A stretch of 55,770 nucleotides of DNA from an uncultured virus (IMG/VR IMGVR_UViG_3300006990_000013) (IMGVR_UViG_3300006990_000013:62001-117770), one strand, 5' to 3'; positions 28,275 through 38,046 are shown, numbered from the stretch's first letter. Notes: generated from the sequence alone by a model not told the origin. Numbers and translations: made by a program.

Positions 28275-31200
28275 ATGTACAACCTCAAAGAAACTGACAA
28301 AAAAGAAAAGAAGTCCAAGAAGAAGGATGTGTTGAAATTCAAAGAGTTTGACCCTTCTCAGTACATCGAAACAGAACCGACACTCAAAGAAGCAAAGAGT
28401 GATACGGTTGTGTTTTCTTTTGGTCGTATGAATCCAGTGACTATCGGTCACGAGAAACTTGTTAACAAGGTTAAGTCTGTTGCTAAATCCATGTCAGCCG
28501 ATTCACGTGTCTATCTATCGCACACGCAGAATAATCAAAAAGATCCCCTCAGTTATAAAGACAAATACCGATTTGCGAGGAAAGCATTCGGGCCAATCAT
28601 TATACAATCAAAAGCGAGACAAGTATTCCAAATCGCAGCCGAACTCGAAAAGGCGGGATACAAGAACATCGTCATGGTTGTTGGATCTGATCGTGTAGAA
28701 GAGTTCAAAAGAATTCTAGACAAGTACAACGGTAAGGACTACGACTTCGCATCTATCAAAGTTGTATCTGCAGGTGAACGTGATCCTGATGCAGAAGGTG
28801 TTGAAGGAATGTCAGGTACAAAACTAAGAGGTATTGCCAAAAAGGGACAGTTTGACGACTATACAGATGAGAAAGGTAAGAAACAATTCGGTTTCAAAAG
28901 TGCCGCTGCATCTAAGTTGTCAGACAAAGACAAGATGGCAATGATGAAACTTGTTCAGAAGAACCTCGCAGAGGCGGAACTTCAAGAAGCGTTGACCAGA
29001 CAACAACGTATGCAACGTGCACGTACATTCCGTAGAATCAAACATAAGATTAAAAAGGGACGTGAACGGGCGGCAAGAAAACGTGCAGGTATCGACAAGT
29101 TGCAGAAACGTGCCGCAAAGGGTGCAAGAAATCTCTTGAAAAAGAAAATGACTAAGGGACAAGACTACAAACAAATGTCTTATGGTCAAAGACAACAGGT
29201 CGATAATCGTCTGAAGAAAGTATCTCCTGCCCGTCTAAAAGCATTATCTAAACGTCTCTTACCTTCAGTGAAGAAGAAAGAGATGGAACGTATTAAGAAC
29301 CGTAATAACAAATCTGAGGGTGTTGCACAGGACAGACAAGTCAAGGACATGCCGGGCACACAGCCAAAAAAGTACTATAGCGGGCTTGATAAAAAGGATA
29401 AGGAATCACGTGCAAGACAGTTTGCACGACAGGCGAAAATGTCTGATGATGATCCACGTGCTTACAAACCCGCTCCTGGCGATAAGGAAGCGAAGACCAA
29501 ACCGTCAAAACATACTAAGAAGTTTCAACAGATGTATGGTGAAGCAGATGCAGTTGCGGCTGCAAGAGAACGCATCAAACGTGAGAAACAGTCTGATAAA
29601 GATAAACACGATGCAATGATGGATCGTGCAAGAACTCAGGATACCAGATCTAAGAATCAAAAGACTGAGGCAATCTCCCCTGCACAACAGGCTGCGATTG
29701 CTATTGCAAAGAAAGCAAAAGGTCAGAAACCTAAGAATGAAGATGGCGATCCATGTTGGGATACTCACAAACAAGTTGGTATGAAGAAAAAGGGCGGCAA
29801 GATGGTTCCAGATTGTGTCCCTAAAAACGAATCAATTGCAGAAGAAGTTTCTCAGAAACAGATCAATGACCTAGAGAAATTTGCAGATCGTATTCTTGCG
29901 AAGTTCAAGATTGACGTGGAGTTTACTAAACACTTCGTTGATAGAATGAACGACAAGAGAAACACACCAGAAATTAAAGTTGCAGAACTTCAAAAGTTAT
30001 TTAAAAAGATACAGAAGAATAAGGGCAAAGATGTTAAAGACAATGAGGGTATTGAAGCAGTTCTTAAAGATCTGTCATCTGACTTAAACCTTCCAGTTGT
30101 AATTAAAACAAAAGGTGACGAGATCGAACTCGTCAATAAGACCATTATGAGAAAAAAAGATTTTAAAACACCTTCTAAGGTAATCAAGTACGAACAGTTT
30201 TCAAACATGGACGAAGCATCACGGGCGGACATGAGAGTACGTAAAAGACCACACATGATGTTGAAGGCAGGGAATGCTGGAGTCAAGTTCGATGGTCGTT
30301 TCAAAATGTACAAGAAGAAACAGGTACTGAAAGACGAAGAGAAACCGTTGGAAGAATCATTTGAATCTATGGAGAACATGATCTTCGATCTAATGGAATC
30401 AACTGAAGCCGTGATTGCGGAAGATTCAGGCGAAGCACTTAAGAAGAAAGCAGAAAAATCTGGAATGCCTCTTGGTATTCTAAAGAAGGTTTTTGATCGT
30501 GGTGTTGCCGCATGGAGAACAGGACATAGGCCTGGCACTACTGCAACTCAGTGGGGTCTTGCACGTGTCAACTCATTTGTAACTAAGTCTAAAGGTACTT
30601 GGGGTAAAGCAGACTCTGATCTTGCCGCAAAGGTTAGAAAAGAATCTGTTGATGAGGAAAAAGAATTAGAAAAAATCTTAACTACGGATGGTCGCATGAA
30701 ATCGTTTAAAGAAAAACTCAGAAAACTGGGTTATAAAAAAATCGACGAAGGAAAGTCTTCTTCTGGATACGAACTGTACCACAATGATTTCTCCTCTGCA
30801 ATGAAACATGCATACAAACATGCGAAAGACAAACTGAAAGTGGATATCGATCCTAATGAGATCGATGACAAAGTTGCGACTGGGCCTCGTAAACCTTCTA
30901 AGGGTAAAACGAATTCATATCGTTTGATGGATAAGTCTGGTAAGAAAGCTGTACAGATCCAAGTGTACAACATGGACGGTAAAAAATACGAACTGAACAT
31001 GTACAAGGAAGACTTGGATGAAGCACCTAGACGTAAAAGAGCACCTAAAATTGGTGTTGACTCTATTGCTGTTCAACGTGCAAAAGATAGAGCACACAAC
31101 GATGCTATGGGTCGTACAAAGACTGGACGTAAGAAACCAGTACGTACAATGACATCTACTCAACGTTCACTTGCGTCATTACGTGGGGAAGAAGTAGAAA

Positions 31201-32330
31201 ACATTGATGATCAGTTTGACGCCATCATCAAAGAGGCAGAAGCAAACAAGAAATCTTATGGTGACCTTGTAGTAGAACTGACTGCCGCCGAGAAAAAACT
31301 TGTCAACCAAATGTATGACAAGAAAGGTAACCTCACACCACTTGGTAAAAAGGTTATGAATCATGGTAAGAAAAAAGGTGACAAGGGTTACGTAGAATCA
31401 GTGGAAACACTAGAGGAAGGTGTAAACGATCCTGGCATCTTTAAGGCAGTGTTCCTCGCAGGTGGGCCAGGCAGTGGTAAATCATTTATGGTTGGTAAGA
31501 CTGCATTGACTTCAATGGGATTGAAACTGATCAACTCAGATCCTGCCTTCGAAGCGCAGTTGAAAAAAGTTGATTTGAAACCAACACCAGAAGACATCTT
31601 CACCGCTAAAGGACAGGATGCACGTGCAAAGGCGAAAGCACTTACTGACAAAAAACAGGCACTTGCACTCGCAGGTAGACTTGGTCTGGTAATTGACGGT
31701 ACTGGTAAGGATTACGAGAAAATTGCAAACCAAGCGATGTCACTTAAGAAGTTGGGTTATGAAGTAGGAATGATCTTCGTAAACACAAACTTGGAGACTG
31801 CAATCTCACGTGATGAAAAACGTTCTAGAACACTTGGTGCGAAAGAAGTAACCAAGATGTGGAATGCAGTACAGAACAACATTGGTAAGTTCTCATCACT
31901 GTTTGGTGCGAACATGCAGATCGTTGATAACTCAGAAGGTGCAGACTTTGAGAAGGGTGCAACCAAAGCATATAAACAAATGAAGAAATGGGTTGCAAAA
32001 GAACCCAAGTCTCCAATGGCGAAAAAATGGATTGCCTCTGTGAAAGCACAACGTGGTATCACAGAAGACGATTTAGGTAAAATGATTAACAGTATGGTAG
32101 AGAGCAAAGATCAGGAAGATCTTTCAAAAACAGCTTCACTATTTGAAAAGGATATTGTAATGGTTCGTGAAGGTTTGGACGTGAAAGAGAGTAAAGTACT
32201 TGAGTTGGGGAAACCAGAGACTACGAAGAAATATAAAACTGAAACGCCTGGCGAGAAGCCGACGACAGAACCTCAGAGGTTTTCGCAGAGAATTAGAGAA
32301 AACATTCTCCGAAACCAAAGAAGAAAATAG
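28275..32330 (+). CDS. 1351-aa multidomain protein: HxGH nucleotidyltransferase + DUF5824-like modules + P-loop kinase; probable head-internal polyprotein
   Basis: FGRMNPVTIGH, VVGSDR, MSGTKLR; YYSGL/TKPSKHT and RGVAAWRTGHRPG..QWGLARVNSF; KAVFLAGGPGSGKS...LVIDGTG; late promoter. Confidence 0.75.
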   Translation: MYNLKETDKKEKKSKKKDVLKFKEFDPSQYIETEPTLKEAKSDTVVFSFGRMNPVTIGHEKLVNKVKSVAKSMSADSRVYLSHTQNNQKDPLSYKDKYRFARKAFGPIIIQSKARQVFQIAAELEKAGYKNIVMVVGSDRVEEFKRILDKYNGKDYDFASIKVVSAGERDPDAEGVEGMSGTKLRGIAKKGQFDDYTDEKGKKQFGFKSAAASKLSDKDKMAMMKLVQKNLAEAELQEALTRQQRMQRARTFRRIKHKIKKGRERAARKRAGIDKLQKRAAKGARNLLKKKMTKGQDYKQMSYGQRQQVDNRLKKVSPARLKALSKRLLPSVKKKEMERIKNRNNKSEGVAQDRQVKDMPGTQPKKYYSGLDKKDKESRARQFARQAKMSDDDPRAYKPAPGDKEAKTKPSKHTKKFQQMYGEADAVAAARERIKREKQSDKDKHDAMMDRARTQDTRSKNQKTEAISPAQQAAIAIAKKAKGQKPKNEDGDPCWDTHKQVGMKKKGGKMVPDCVPKNESIAEEVSQKQINDLEKFADRILAKFKIDVEFTKHFVDRMNDKRNTPEIKVAELQKLFKKIQKNKGKDVKDNEGIEAVLKDLSSDLNLPVVIKTKGDEIELVNKTIMRKKDFKTPSKVIKYEQFSNMDEASRADMRVRKRPHMMLKAGNAGVKFDGRFKMYKKKQVLKDEEKPLEESFESMENMIFDLMESTEAVIAEDSGEALKKKAEKSGMPLGILKKVFDRGVAAWRTGHRPGTTATQWGLARVNSFVTKSKGTWGKADSDLAAKVRKESVDEEKELEKILTTDGRMKSFKEKLRKLGYKKIDEGKSSSGYELYHNDFSSAMKHAYKHAKDKLKVDIDPNEIDDKVATGPRKPSKGKTNSYRLMDKSGKKAVQIQVYNMDGKKYELNMYKEDLDEAPRRKRAPKIGVDSIAVQRAKDRAHNDAMGRTKTGRKKPVRTMTSTQRSLASLRGEEVENIDDQFDAIIKEAEANKKSYGDLVVELTAAEKKLVNQMYDKKGNLTPLGKKVMNHGKKKGDKGYVESVETLEEGVNDPGIFKAVFLAGGPGSGKSFMVGKTALTSMGLKLINSDPAFEAQLKKVDLKPTPEDIFTAKGQDARAKAKALTDKKQALALAGRLGLVIDGTGKDYEKIANQAMSLKKLGYEVGMIFVNTNLETAISRDEKRSRTLGAKEVTKMWNAVQNNIGKFSSLFGANMQIVDNSEGADFEKGATKAYKQMKKWVAKEPKSPMAKKWIASVKAQRGITEDDLGKMINSMVESKDQEDLSKTASLFEKDIVMVREGLDVKESKVLELGKPETTKKYKTETPGEKPTTEPQRFSQRIRENILRNQRRK

Positions 32331-32341
32331 GGAGTAACTAA

Positions 32342-32497
32342 ATGATTAACTGGATTACAAAACGTTTAACTGAACGTACCACATGGGATGGAGCAGTATT
32401 GGTTGCAACAGGTGTTGCAATGATTCTAGTTCCTGTAGATCTAATCGCATATGCCGCAATCTTCTACGGTGCATGGACAATGTGGAAGTCAGAGTAA
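32342..32497 (+). CDS. Small membrane protein, 51 aa, possibly holin-like; not in the ORF track
   Basis: GGGAG SD; MINWITKRLTERTTWDGAVLVATGVAMILVPVDLIAYAAIFYGAWTMWKSE, two hydrophobic stretches. Confidence 0.65.
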   Translation: MINWITKRLTERTTWDGAVLVATGVAMILVPVDLIAYAAIFYGAWTMWKSE

Positions 32498-32932
32498 ATG
32501 TATGAATACAAAGTTAAAATCCTTCGTGTAGTAGACGGTGACACAGTAGATGTGGACATCGATCTAGGTTTTGGTGTATGGTTAAAGAAGGAACGTGTAC
32601 GTATTATGGGTATTGATACTCCAGAGTCACGTACGAGAGATAAGGTCGAAAAGAAGTTCGGTATGGCTGCAAAGAAATGGGTAAAAGATCATATGCCTGT
32701 TGGTAGTCATCAGATTCTGAAGACTGAGATCGATAAGTCTGGTGAAGACAAAAAAGGTAAGTTTGGTCGCATCTTGGGAGACTTCCTCTTAGATGATGGT
32801 GAGGAAAGACTCACTGAAAAGATGACCGCCGCAGGGCATTGTGTCCCTTACTTTGGTGGATCTAAAGAAGAAGTTCAGGCGTTACATATGAAGAACAGAG
32901 AACGTCTAATGCTGGAAGGTGTTGTAAAGTGA
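32498..32932 (+). CDS. Thermonuclease (SNase-like)
   Basis: RVVDGDTVD, RIMGIDTPES, KFGRILG. Confidence 0.9.
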   Translation: MYEYKVKILRVVDGDTVDVDIDLGFGVWLKKERVRIMGIDTPESRTRDKVEKKFGMAAKKWVKDHMPVGSHQILKTEIDKSGEDKKGKFGRILGDFLLDDGEERLTEKMTAAGHCVPYFGGSKEEVQALHMKNRERLMLEGVVK

Positions 32933-33321
32933 AACGTTTTAAACAATATACTGTAGAAAATTTTGGTTTGTACGAGGGGGTAACAGTTCCCCTCGAATCT
33001 CCTATGATAGAAATAGATCCTATCGTATGTGAAGAGAAAGAACCAGAACTCAACTCTCCAAAAAGAAATAGTGGGGATGGCAAAAAGTATGTTGTTTATG
33101 TAAAGGATCCGAAGACAGGTAATGTCAGAAAGATAACATTTGGGGATGAAAAGGGTGGATTGACATCTAAGATTGGTGACAGAGATGCAGCACGTGCATT
33201 TGCAAGTCGTCATAGTTGTGATACTAAGACCGATAAGATGACGCCTGGATATTGGGCGTGTCGTCTACCGAAATATGCAAAACAGTTAGGATTAAGTGGT
33301 GGCGGAGATTACTTTTGGTAG
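32929..33321 (+). CDS. DUF6321-like phage protein with a CTS-like N-terminus
   Basis: MKRFKQYTVE; KKYVVYVKDPKTGNVRKITFGD, FASRHSC, PGYWAC. Confidence 0.65.
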   Translation: MKRFKQYTVENFGLYEGVTVPLESPMIEIDPIVCEEKEPELNSPKRNSGDGKKYVVYVKDPKTGNVRKITFGDEKGGLTSKIGDRDAARAFASRHSCDTKTDKMTPGYWACRLPKYAKQLGLSGGGDYFW

Positions 33322-33565
33322 GCCATTTCGTGATGATGGGGGGTCAAGACGGTTTGACCATTTACGGGATGACTATGTTTGGCACAGAGATCATTACGAC
33401 AGAACAGTACGTGTCATTGATGGGAACGGATGGCAGTTCCAGTTCGACGGATGTTTGCCCTTCCTCATCAGAAAGGGAACAACCTTCAGAATAGAACGTG
33501 GTGTGTACCACAGACTTATAAAGGGCGTTGACGAACTTCACATCAATATTATAGAACATAAATAG
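33296..33565 (+). CDS. Cupin-like small protein
   Basis: VWHRD, GWQFQFD, YHRLIKG. Confidence 0.55.
   Translation: MVAEITFGRPFRDDGGSRRFDHLRDDYVWHRDHYDRTVRVIDGNGWQFQFDGCLPFLIRKGTTFRIERGVYHRLIKGVDELHINIIEHK
33557..33564 (+). promoter_or_regulatory. Probable late promoter (CATAAATA)
   Basis: One mismatch to TATAAATA; upstream of 33608. Confidence 0.55.
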
Positions 33566-33607
33566 ATATAGTTAATTAACGATCCAAATAACCTTAAGGA
33601 TAAAACA

Positions 33608-35740
33608 ATGGACTTTAAAGATAAAATAGACAGTCTTTTCGGTACTCTGGTGAACCAGAAACTAGAAGAGAAAAAGAACACAGCAGAAGACGCATCAAAC
33701 GACAAGTCTGATGACGGCGAAGGTCTGGACAAAGCAGATCCTAAAGCTGCGAAAAAGAAATTCAAAGATCGTAAAGATAAAGATATCGACAACGATGGGG
33801 ATATAGACAGTTCTGATAAGTTCTTGCACAAGAGACGCAAGGCAATCGGTAAAGCTATGGCCAAAGATCAGAAAGACGAATCTGTAAAAAAGTCTGATGC
33901 GGTAGACCTCAGTGAAGGTGACATGAAGTCTGCCGCTAAAGAACTGGAATCATATGCCAAGAAGTCTGGTGGAATCGATAAGAAAGATTTCATGAAAGCA
34001 GTGGCGATGATGAAAAAGGGTGATGCAAAGGGTCTTGCGAAGTTTACTAACGATCAAGATACAGAACCACGTGATAAGATCATCGATATAGTTGCAAAAC
34101 AAATCGGTGTACCCCAAGCAGAAAAGTTGTTTAGTGTCAGTATTCGTGAAGCAAAAGAGATGACTTCAGCGCAGAAGAAAGCGTTTGATAAACTGTACAA
34201 GAAACTAGATGGTGGCCCAGAACACCGTAAGATCAGACAGAAGATTCAGAATCCTGTCAAAGCAGATGATGCATTTCATGCAATGGTTAAGAAGATGGTT
34301 ATGGGTGAGGATTACTCTCCACAGGCTATCGTAACTGAAGCGGAAGTCGAAGAAGGTAAACGTGGGTTTATCATGGCTGCAAAAGCTGCGAAGGCAAAAG
34401 GTGAAAAGACCTTTATGTTTGCAGGTAAAGAATATAACTGTGAAGACATCGATCTTGACGAGGCATCTAAAACTGTTGATGCAATGAAACAAATCGTTGA
34501 CAAAAAACAGGCGATGAAAATCGACGGTGTTATGGTTGACATGTTCACTGCTTCTGCAGTTACGCAGATTTACGACAAAGTAAATGATGCGAACAAGGCG
34601 AAGATGGACAAGATGAAAGCAACTCAACTTGCAAACGTTGCAATGAAGTTGTTGAAGAAAGAAGAACTAGAGGAAGCTGCACAGATGTGTGAGCACTGTG
34701 GTAAAGTCCATGAAGGTTCTTGCATGGAAGAGATGAAGAACACTCATGCGCTTATCAACACTGCAGACGGTAACAAAGTTGTTGCAATGGCATCATCTGA
34801 AGATGGTGTTAAACAATCTAAAGCATCTGCACAACGTCCACCTATGTCAATCAAAGATAAGAACACTCTGAAGATTGTTAAACTCAAAAAACCTCTAAGT
34901 CAAAAGGCATCTGATAAAATAATGGGTCGTCCTTTGAATGAGGAAACACTTGATGAGAAAATGTCATTCTCACCTAAAGAGGTTAAGATGGCAATTGGTG
35001 TTGCATCAGATAAAAGATATGCTGGTGGTAACATGACAGGTGCAGTCAAGGCAATCGATAAAATCAAAAAGGGTTTGTCAGACCATCCACAAGTCGCTGC
35101 AGTTCTAAAGAGACAGAACGAAGAGAAGGTGGAGTGCCCTGAGTGCGGAGGTAAAGGTTGTGATCATTGTGATAACAAAGGTTACCACACAGAATCTAAA
35201 AAGATGGCACTTGCAAAAAAACTTGCAAAGGTATCTGCGACTTCTAAAAAGGGTAAATCAAAAGTAACTCTTAAGAAGGCGCCTTGGGACAAGAAAGAAA
35301 CAGTCAATACTGAACCAGAATTAGAAGAAGCAAAAAACTATGAGTACAAGGGCGGTAAAGTCCATATCTCTAAGAAAGACTTCCGCAAGGTTCACAAAGA
35401 CTTTAAGAATGCAACAAAGGGTAAAGAACGTATGATGATTCTTGATCCTAAAACGCAAGCATCTATATCTGTACCAGTTGTGTTTAAAGAAAGTTCTTTT
35501 AAAACCAAATTTAAGAATACCCTAAGTAAGAGACTTGCAGAAACAACTAAAACAGAAGAAAAATCTGATGAAGTTGCAAACAGATATAATGAACTTAAAA
35601 CAATGCCGCCAGTGGAATTGATGAAACTTTATCAAAAGCATGAAAGCGATGCCGACATAGATAAGGTTAAGAAAATGAGCAAAGACGAGATGATCTCGAA
35701 AATTGTTGAAAAAGAATTTCAAAACCAAGGAGAAGAATAA
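33608..35740 (+). CDS. 710-aa Lys-rich modular protein, probable head-internal polyprotein
   Basis: EF-hand-like DIDNDGDID, Cys motifs, many (L/I)xE linkers, late promoter. Confidence 0.65.
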   Translation: MDFKDKIDSLFGTLVNQKLEEKKNTAEDASNDKSDDGEGLDKADPKAAKKKFKDRKDKDIDNDGDIDSSDKFLHKRRKAIGKAMAKDQKDESVKKSDAVDLSEGDMKSAAKELESYAKKSGGIDKKDFMKAVAMMKKGDAKGLAKFTNDQDTEPRDKIIDIVAKQIGVPQAEKLFSVSIREAKEMTSAQKKAFDKLYKKLDGGPEHRKIRQKIQNPVKADDAFHAMVKKMVMGEDYSPQAIVTEAEVEEGKRGFIMAAKAAKAKGEKTFMFAGKEYNCEDIDLDEASKTVDAMKQIVDKKQAMKIDGVMVDMFTASAVTQIYDKVNDANKAKMDKMKATQLANVAMKLLKKEELEEAAQMCEHCGKVHEGSCMEEMKNTHALINTADGNKVVAMASSEDGVKQSKASAQRPPMSIKDKNTLKIVKLKKPLSQKASDKIMGRPLNEETLDEKMSFSPKEVKMAIGVASDKRYAGGNMTGAVKAIDKIKKGLSDHPQVAAVLKRQNEEKVECPECGGKGCDHCDNKGYHTESKKMALAKKLAKVSATSKKGKSKVTLKKAPWDKKETVNTEPELEEAKNYEYKGGKVHISKKDFRKVHKDFKNATKGKERMMILDPKTQASISVPVVFKESSFKTKFKNTLSKRLAETTKTEEKSDEVANRYNELKTMPPVELMKLYQKHESDADIDKVKKMSKDEMISKIVEKEFQNQGEE

Positions 35741-36303
35741 TGCCACAATGGGGAGACACTGATACTCTGGCGGACGCACCAAAGTTCGAAACGCCAGTAT
35801 TCACAATCGATGGATCCGATTCTGCAGTAGTAAGTGCAGTAGCGGACACTATCGTTCTACCAAATCACGCACTGGAAACAGGCGTAAGAATAAGATATGA
35901 TGCATCAAACGTAACACCAATCGTTGGTCTTACAGATGGTGAAATGTATTTTATCATTCGTGAAGACGAAAACACAGTTAAACTTGCAACATCGTTGTCA
36001 AATGCGAATGCAGGTACACAGGTAAACATCACTAACGTTGGTGATGGTACTGAAGATACTATTCAAGTTGCACCTGCTGATCTGTTCTTCGTTGACCAAG
36101 ACGAGGCCGCAGTAGAAAGTAACCGTAATAAAGGTATCCGTACTGCAGGTTGGAATAGTGTAGTAGAATATACTGATCAGAATGGTAACACACGCAGACG
36201 CATCGAACCACTGGTTGCAATGCGTAAGACTTCAGCAGATGCTGGAGACGCAGGTTTGACTGGAACAACTGGTGACGAAGACGCAACAGTTGCAGATAGT
36301 TAA
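35740..36303 (+). CDS. Probable virion structural protein
   Basis: MPQWG start, H.LETG..I.Y...GLTDG..YF...LATS module, AGW...EPLVAM C-terminus. Confidence 0.6.
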   Translation: MPQWGDTDTLADAPKFETPVFTIDGSDSAVVSAVADTIVLPNHALETGVRIRYDASNVTPIVGLTDGEMYFIIREDENTVKLATSLSNANAGTQVNITNVGDGTEDTIQVAPADLFFVDQDEAAVESNRNKGIRTAGWNSVVEYTDQNGNTRRRIEPLVAMRKTSADAGDAGLTGTTGDEDATVADS

Positions 36304-36325
36304 TCTGGAAGTAGTTACCTAAATT

Positions 36326-36700
36326 ATGATATTAACAGAATCAACCTTTTTAATGTATGCAATGAAACACTATGAGAATCCTCACTGTTCAGACATATCT
36401 GAATTCGAGGAAGACATGAAACGTTTCCAATATCTCAGGAAACTCTTTGGTCGATATAGACAAGAGAACGAGTTGAAGGAAAGGTTGATTCTGAATCATA
36501 TGATAATCATATATAATGTGTTTGGGGAACAGGGAACGCCCATGTTATTCATGAAGTTGCCTGAATACCACGAATATTTAAAACCTTTTGTAGAGTACTT
36601 AAACTATATGCCAACAATCATACGGTATGATGGCATTGGAATACATCAAGATAGTATCAATGCAGACAGGCATATAATTCAAGTACTTAAGGAAATCTGA
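36326..36700 (+). CDS. Conserved T4-like phage hypothetical protein
   Basis: YENPHC, EFEEDMKRFQY, LKERLILNH. Confidence 0.7.
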   Translation: MILTESTFLMYAMKHYENPHCSDISEFEEDMKRFQYLRKLFGRYRQENELKERLILNHMIIIYNVFGEQGTPMLFMKLPEYHEYLKPFVEYLNYMPTIIRYDGIGIHQDSINADRHIIQVLKEI

Positions 36701-37080
36701 TGGTAGTCGATTTATTTCTAGTATATTCTTTCATAAGGAAACTTGTCACACCATTTGACAAGTGGCCTGCATATGAACAGGGTATCATAGATGATAAGGG
36801 TAAGATCCTTATCAAGAGAAAGAACTTTCTGAAGAAAGCTCAACGTGATGCGTTTGGGATCTTCGATCTCATGATATTGAACCTCAAAAAAATACTTGCA
36901 AAAGTCCCTGGCGGACAATCAAAACTTGCATCCTATGCGGCTGCATTGTTTTTAATTAGAGAATGGCAACACTTTAGTGATGATTCGCTGTTGACAGAAG
37001 AAGTCAATGATGATATAATAGAGGAGTCACTAAAGAGATTTGAATGTGAATATTTGAATCCTCTACTAAAGAAGGAATAG
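36700..37080 (+). CDS. Conserved T4-like phage hypothetical protein
   Basis: FIRKLVTPFDKWPAYEQGIIDDKG, YAAALFLIRE. Confidence 0.7.
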   Translation: MVVDLFLVYSFIRKLVTPFDKWPAYEQGIIDDKGKILIKRKNFLKKAQRDAFGIFDLMILNLKKILAKVPGGQSKLASYAAALFLIREWQHFSDDSLLTEEVNDDIIEESLKRFECEYLNPLLKKE

Positions 37081-37083
37081 ATT

Positions 37084-37281
37084 ATGGCAATTGGTATGGC
37101 ATTTATCGCAAGGTATTTTGGTGGTAGTACACCCCATGCGATTAGAGAATATTATGGGGTGGCGCCTGGCATCCCATCTAGTGGAACAATTAGATGGTCG
37201 GATTTCGACACGTATTTTCGTAACAGGGGTATTACGCCTGGTTTGACATCAGTGGAATTCGAATTAACTGCAGACGTATAA
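37084..37281 (+). CDS. Hypothetical protein
   Basis: AAGGA SD; EYYG...IPSSGTIRWSDF resembles a tail-associated motif. Confidence 0.55.
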   Translation: MAIGMAFIARYFGGSTPHAIREYYGVAPGIPSSGTIRWSDFDTYFRNRGITPGLTSVEFELTADV

Positions 37282-37290
37282 GGTAAAGTA

Positions 37291-37716
37291 ATGGCAAAGG
37301 GAACCATATTCAGAAAACCAGAGACTGCCAAAGAGTGGTCAAACCCTGAAGTACTCATTCAGGGTTATGGTCGTTTGAACCTTGAGACTTTGAAAAAGAA
37401 GATCGCCAAGGATCATGCAGACGCAATGCGTTTTTTGAAGATGGAGAACTATGATAATTACGAATATGCCATGAAAAACCTCATGGAGTTTGTTCAAGCA
37501 GTCTTAGATGTTGAGACTGAAATGAACGCACCCAGATACAAACGTATGAAAAAGAGACTTAAAGAAGAACCTGCTAACAATGTAGGTGGTGGTAAAGTCG
37601 CTGGACTGGGAGTTGGTGCACAAGGAGAGCCTGGCTTTACTAAGGCACAACAACGCAGATGGGTTAAGAAAAATCGTTCTAAAAGAAAAGATTTTGCCCA
37701 ATTTATAAATAAGTAG
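37291..37716 (+). CDS. Hypothetical late protein
   Basis: AAGG SD; EEPANNVGGGKVAGLG..EPG motif. Confidence 0.6.
   Translation: MAKGTIFRKPETAKEWSNPEVLIQGYGRLNLETLKKKIAKDHADAMRFLKMENYDNYEYAMKNLMEFVQAVLDVETEMNAPRYKRMKKRLKEEPANNVGGGKVAGLGVGAQGEPGFTKAQQRRWVKKNRSKRKDFAQFINK
37704..37711 (+). promoter_or_regulatory. T4 late promoter TATAAATA
   Basis: Exact consensus upstream of the AGGAG SD and ATG at 37744. Confidence 0.8.
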
Positions 37717-37743
37717 ACAATTAACTTTTATTAGGAGATAACA

Positions 37744-38046
37744 ATGTCTGTAGAAAGTATTATTCAGTCGGCACTAGCGAATAATCCAATGCAAATGAAA
37801 AAAGATTTTGCGGATGAAATTTCTGGACGTGTACAGACTGCACTAGAAGCAAAGTATCAAGAAATGGTTGATGCACAGGAATCAGTTGAAGAGTCCGTAG
37901 AGGACATGATCGACGCAGAACTCGACGAAGGCAAAGTCAAAGAAGAAGATGACATGGAGTCTGATGAAGACGAAGATGATGATGAAATGCCTAAGAAGAA
38001 GAAAAAGTCTGACGACGATGAAGACGAAGATGAGGACGACGAATAG
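37744..38046 (+). CDS. Prohead core protein gp67-like, with acidic tail
   Basis: Helical N-terminus resembling T4 gp67; D/E-rich C-terminus; late promoter. Confidence 0.5.
   Translation: MSVESIIQSALANNPMQMKKDFADEISGRVQTALEAKYQEMVDAQESVEESVEDMIDAELDEGKVKEEDDMESDEDEDDDEMPKKKKKSDDDEDEDEDDE

Noticed and set aside
31420..32060. Zeta toxin-antitoxin system
   Set aside because: The P-loop domain is fused inside a late polyprotein and no epsilon-like antitoxin is adjacent
37940..38043. GAY/GAR trinucleotide-like repeats (also near 19550)
   Set aside because: They simply encode acidic protein tails
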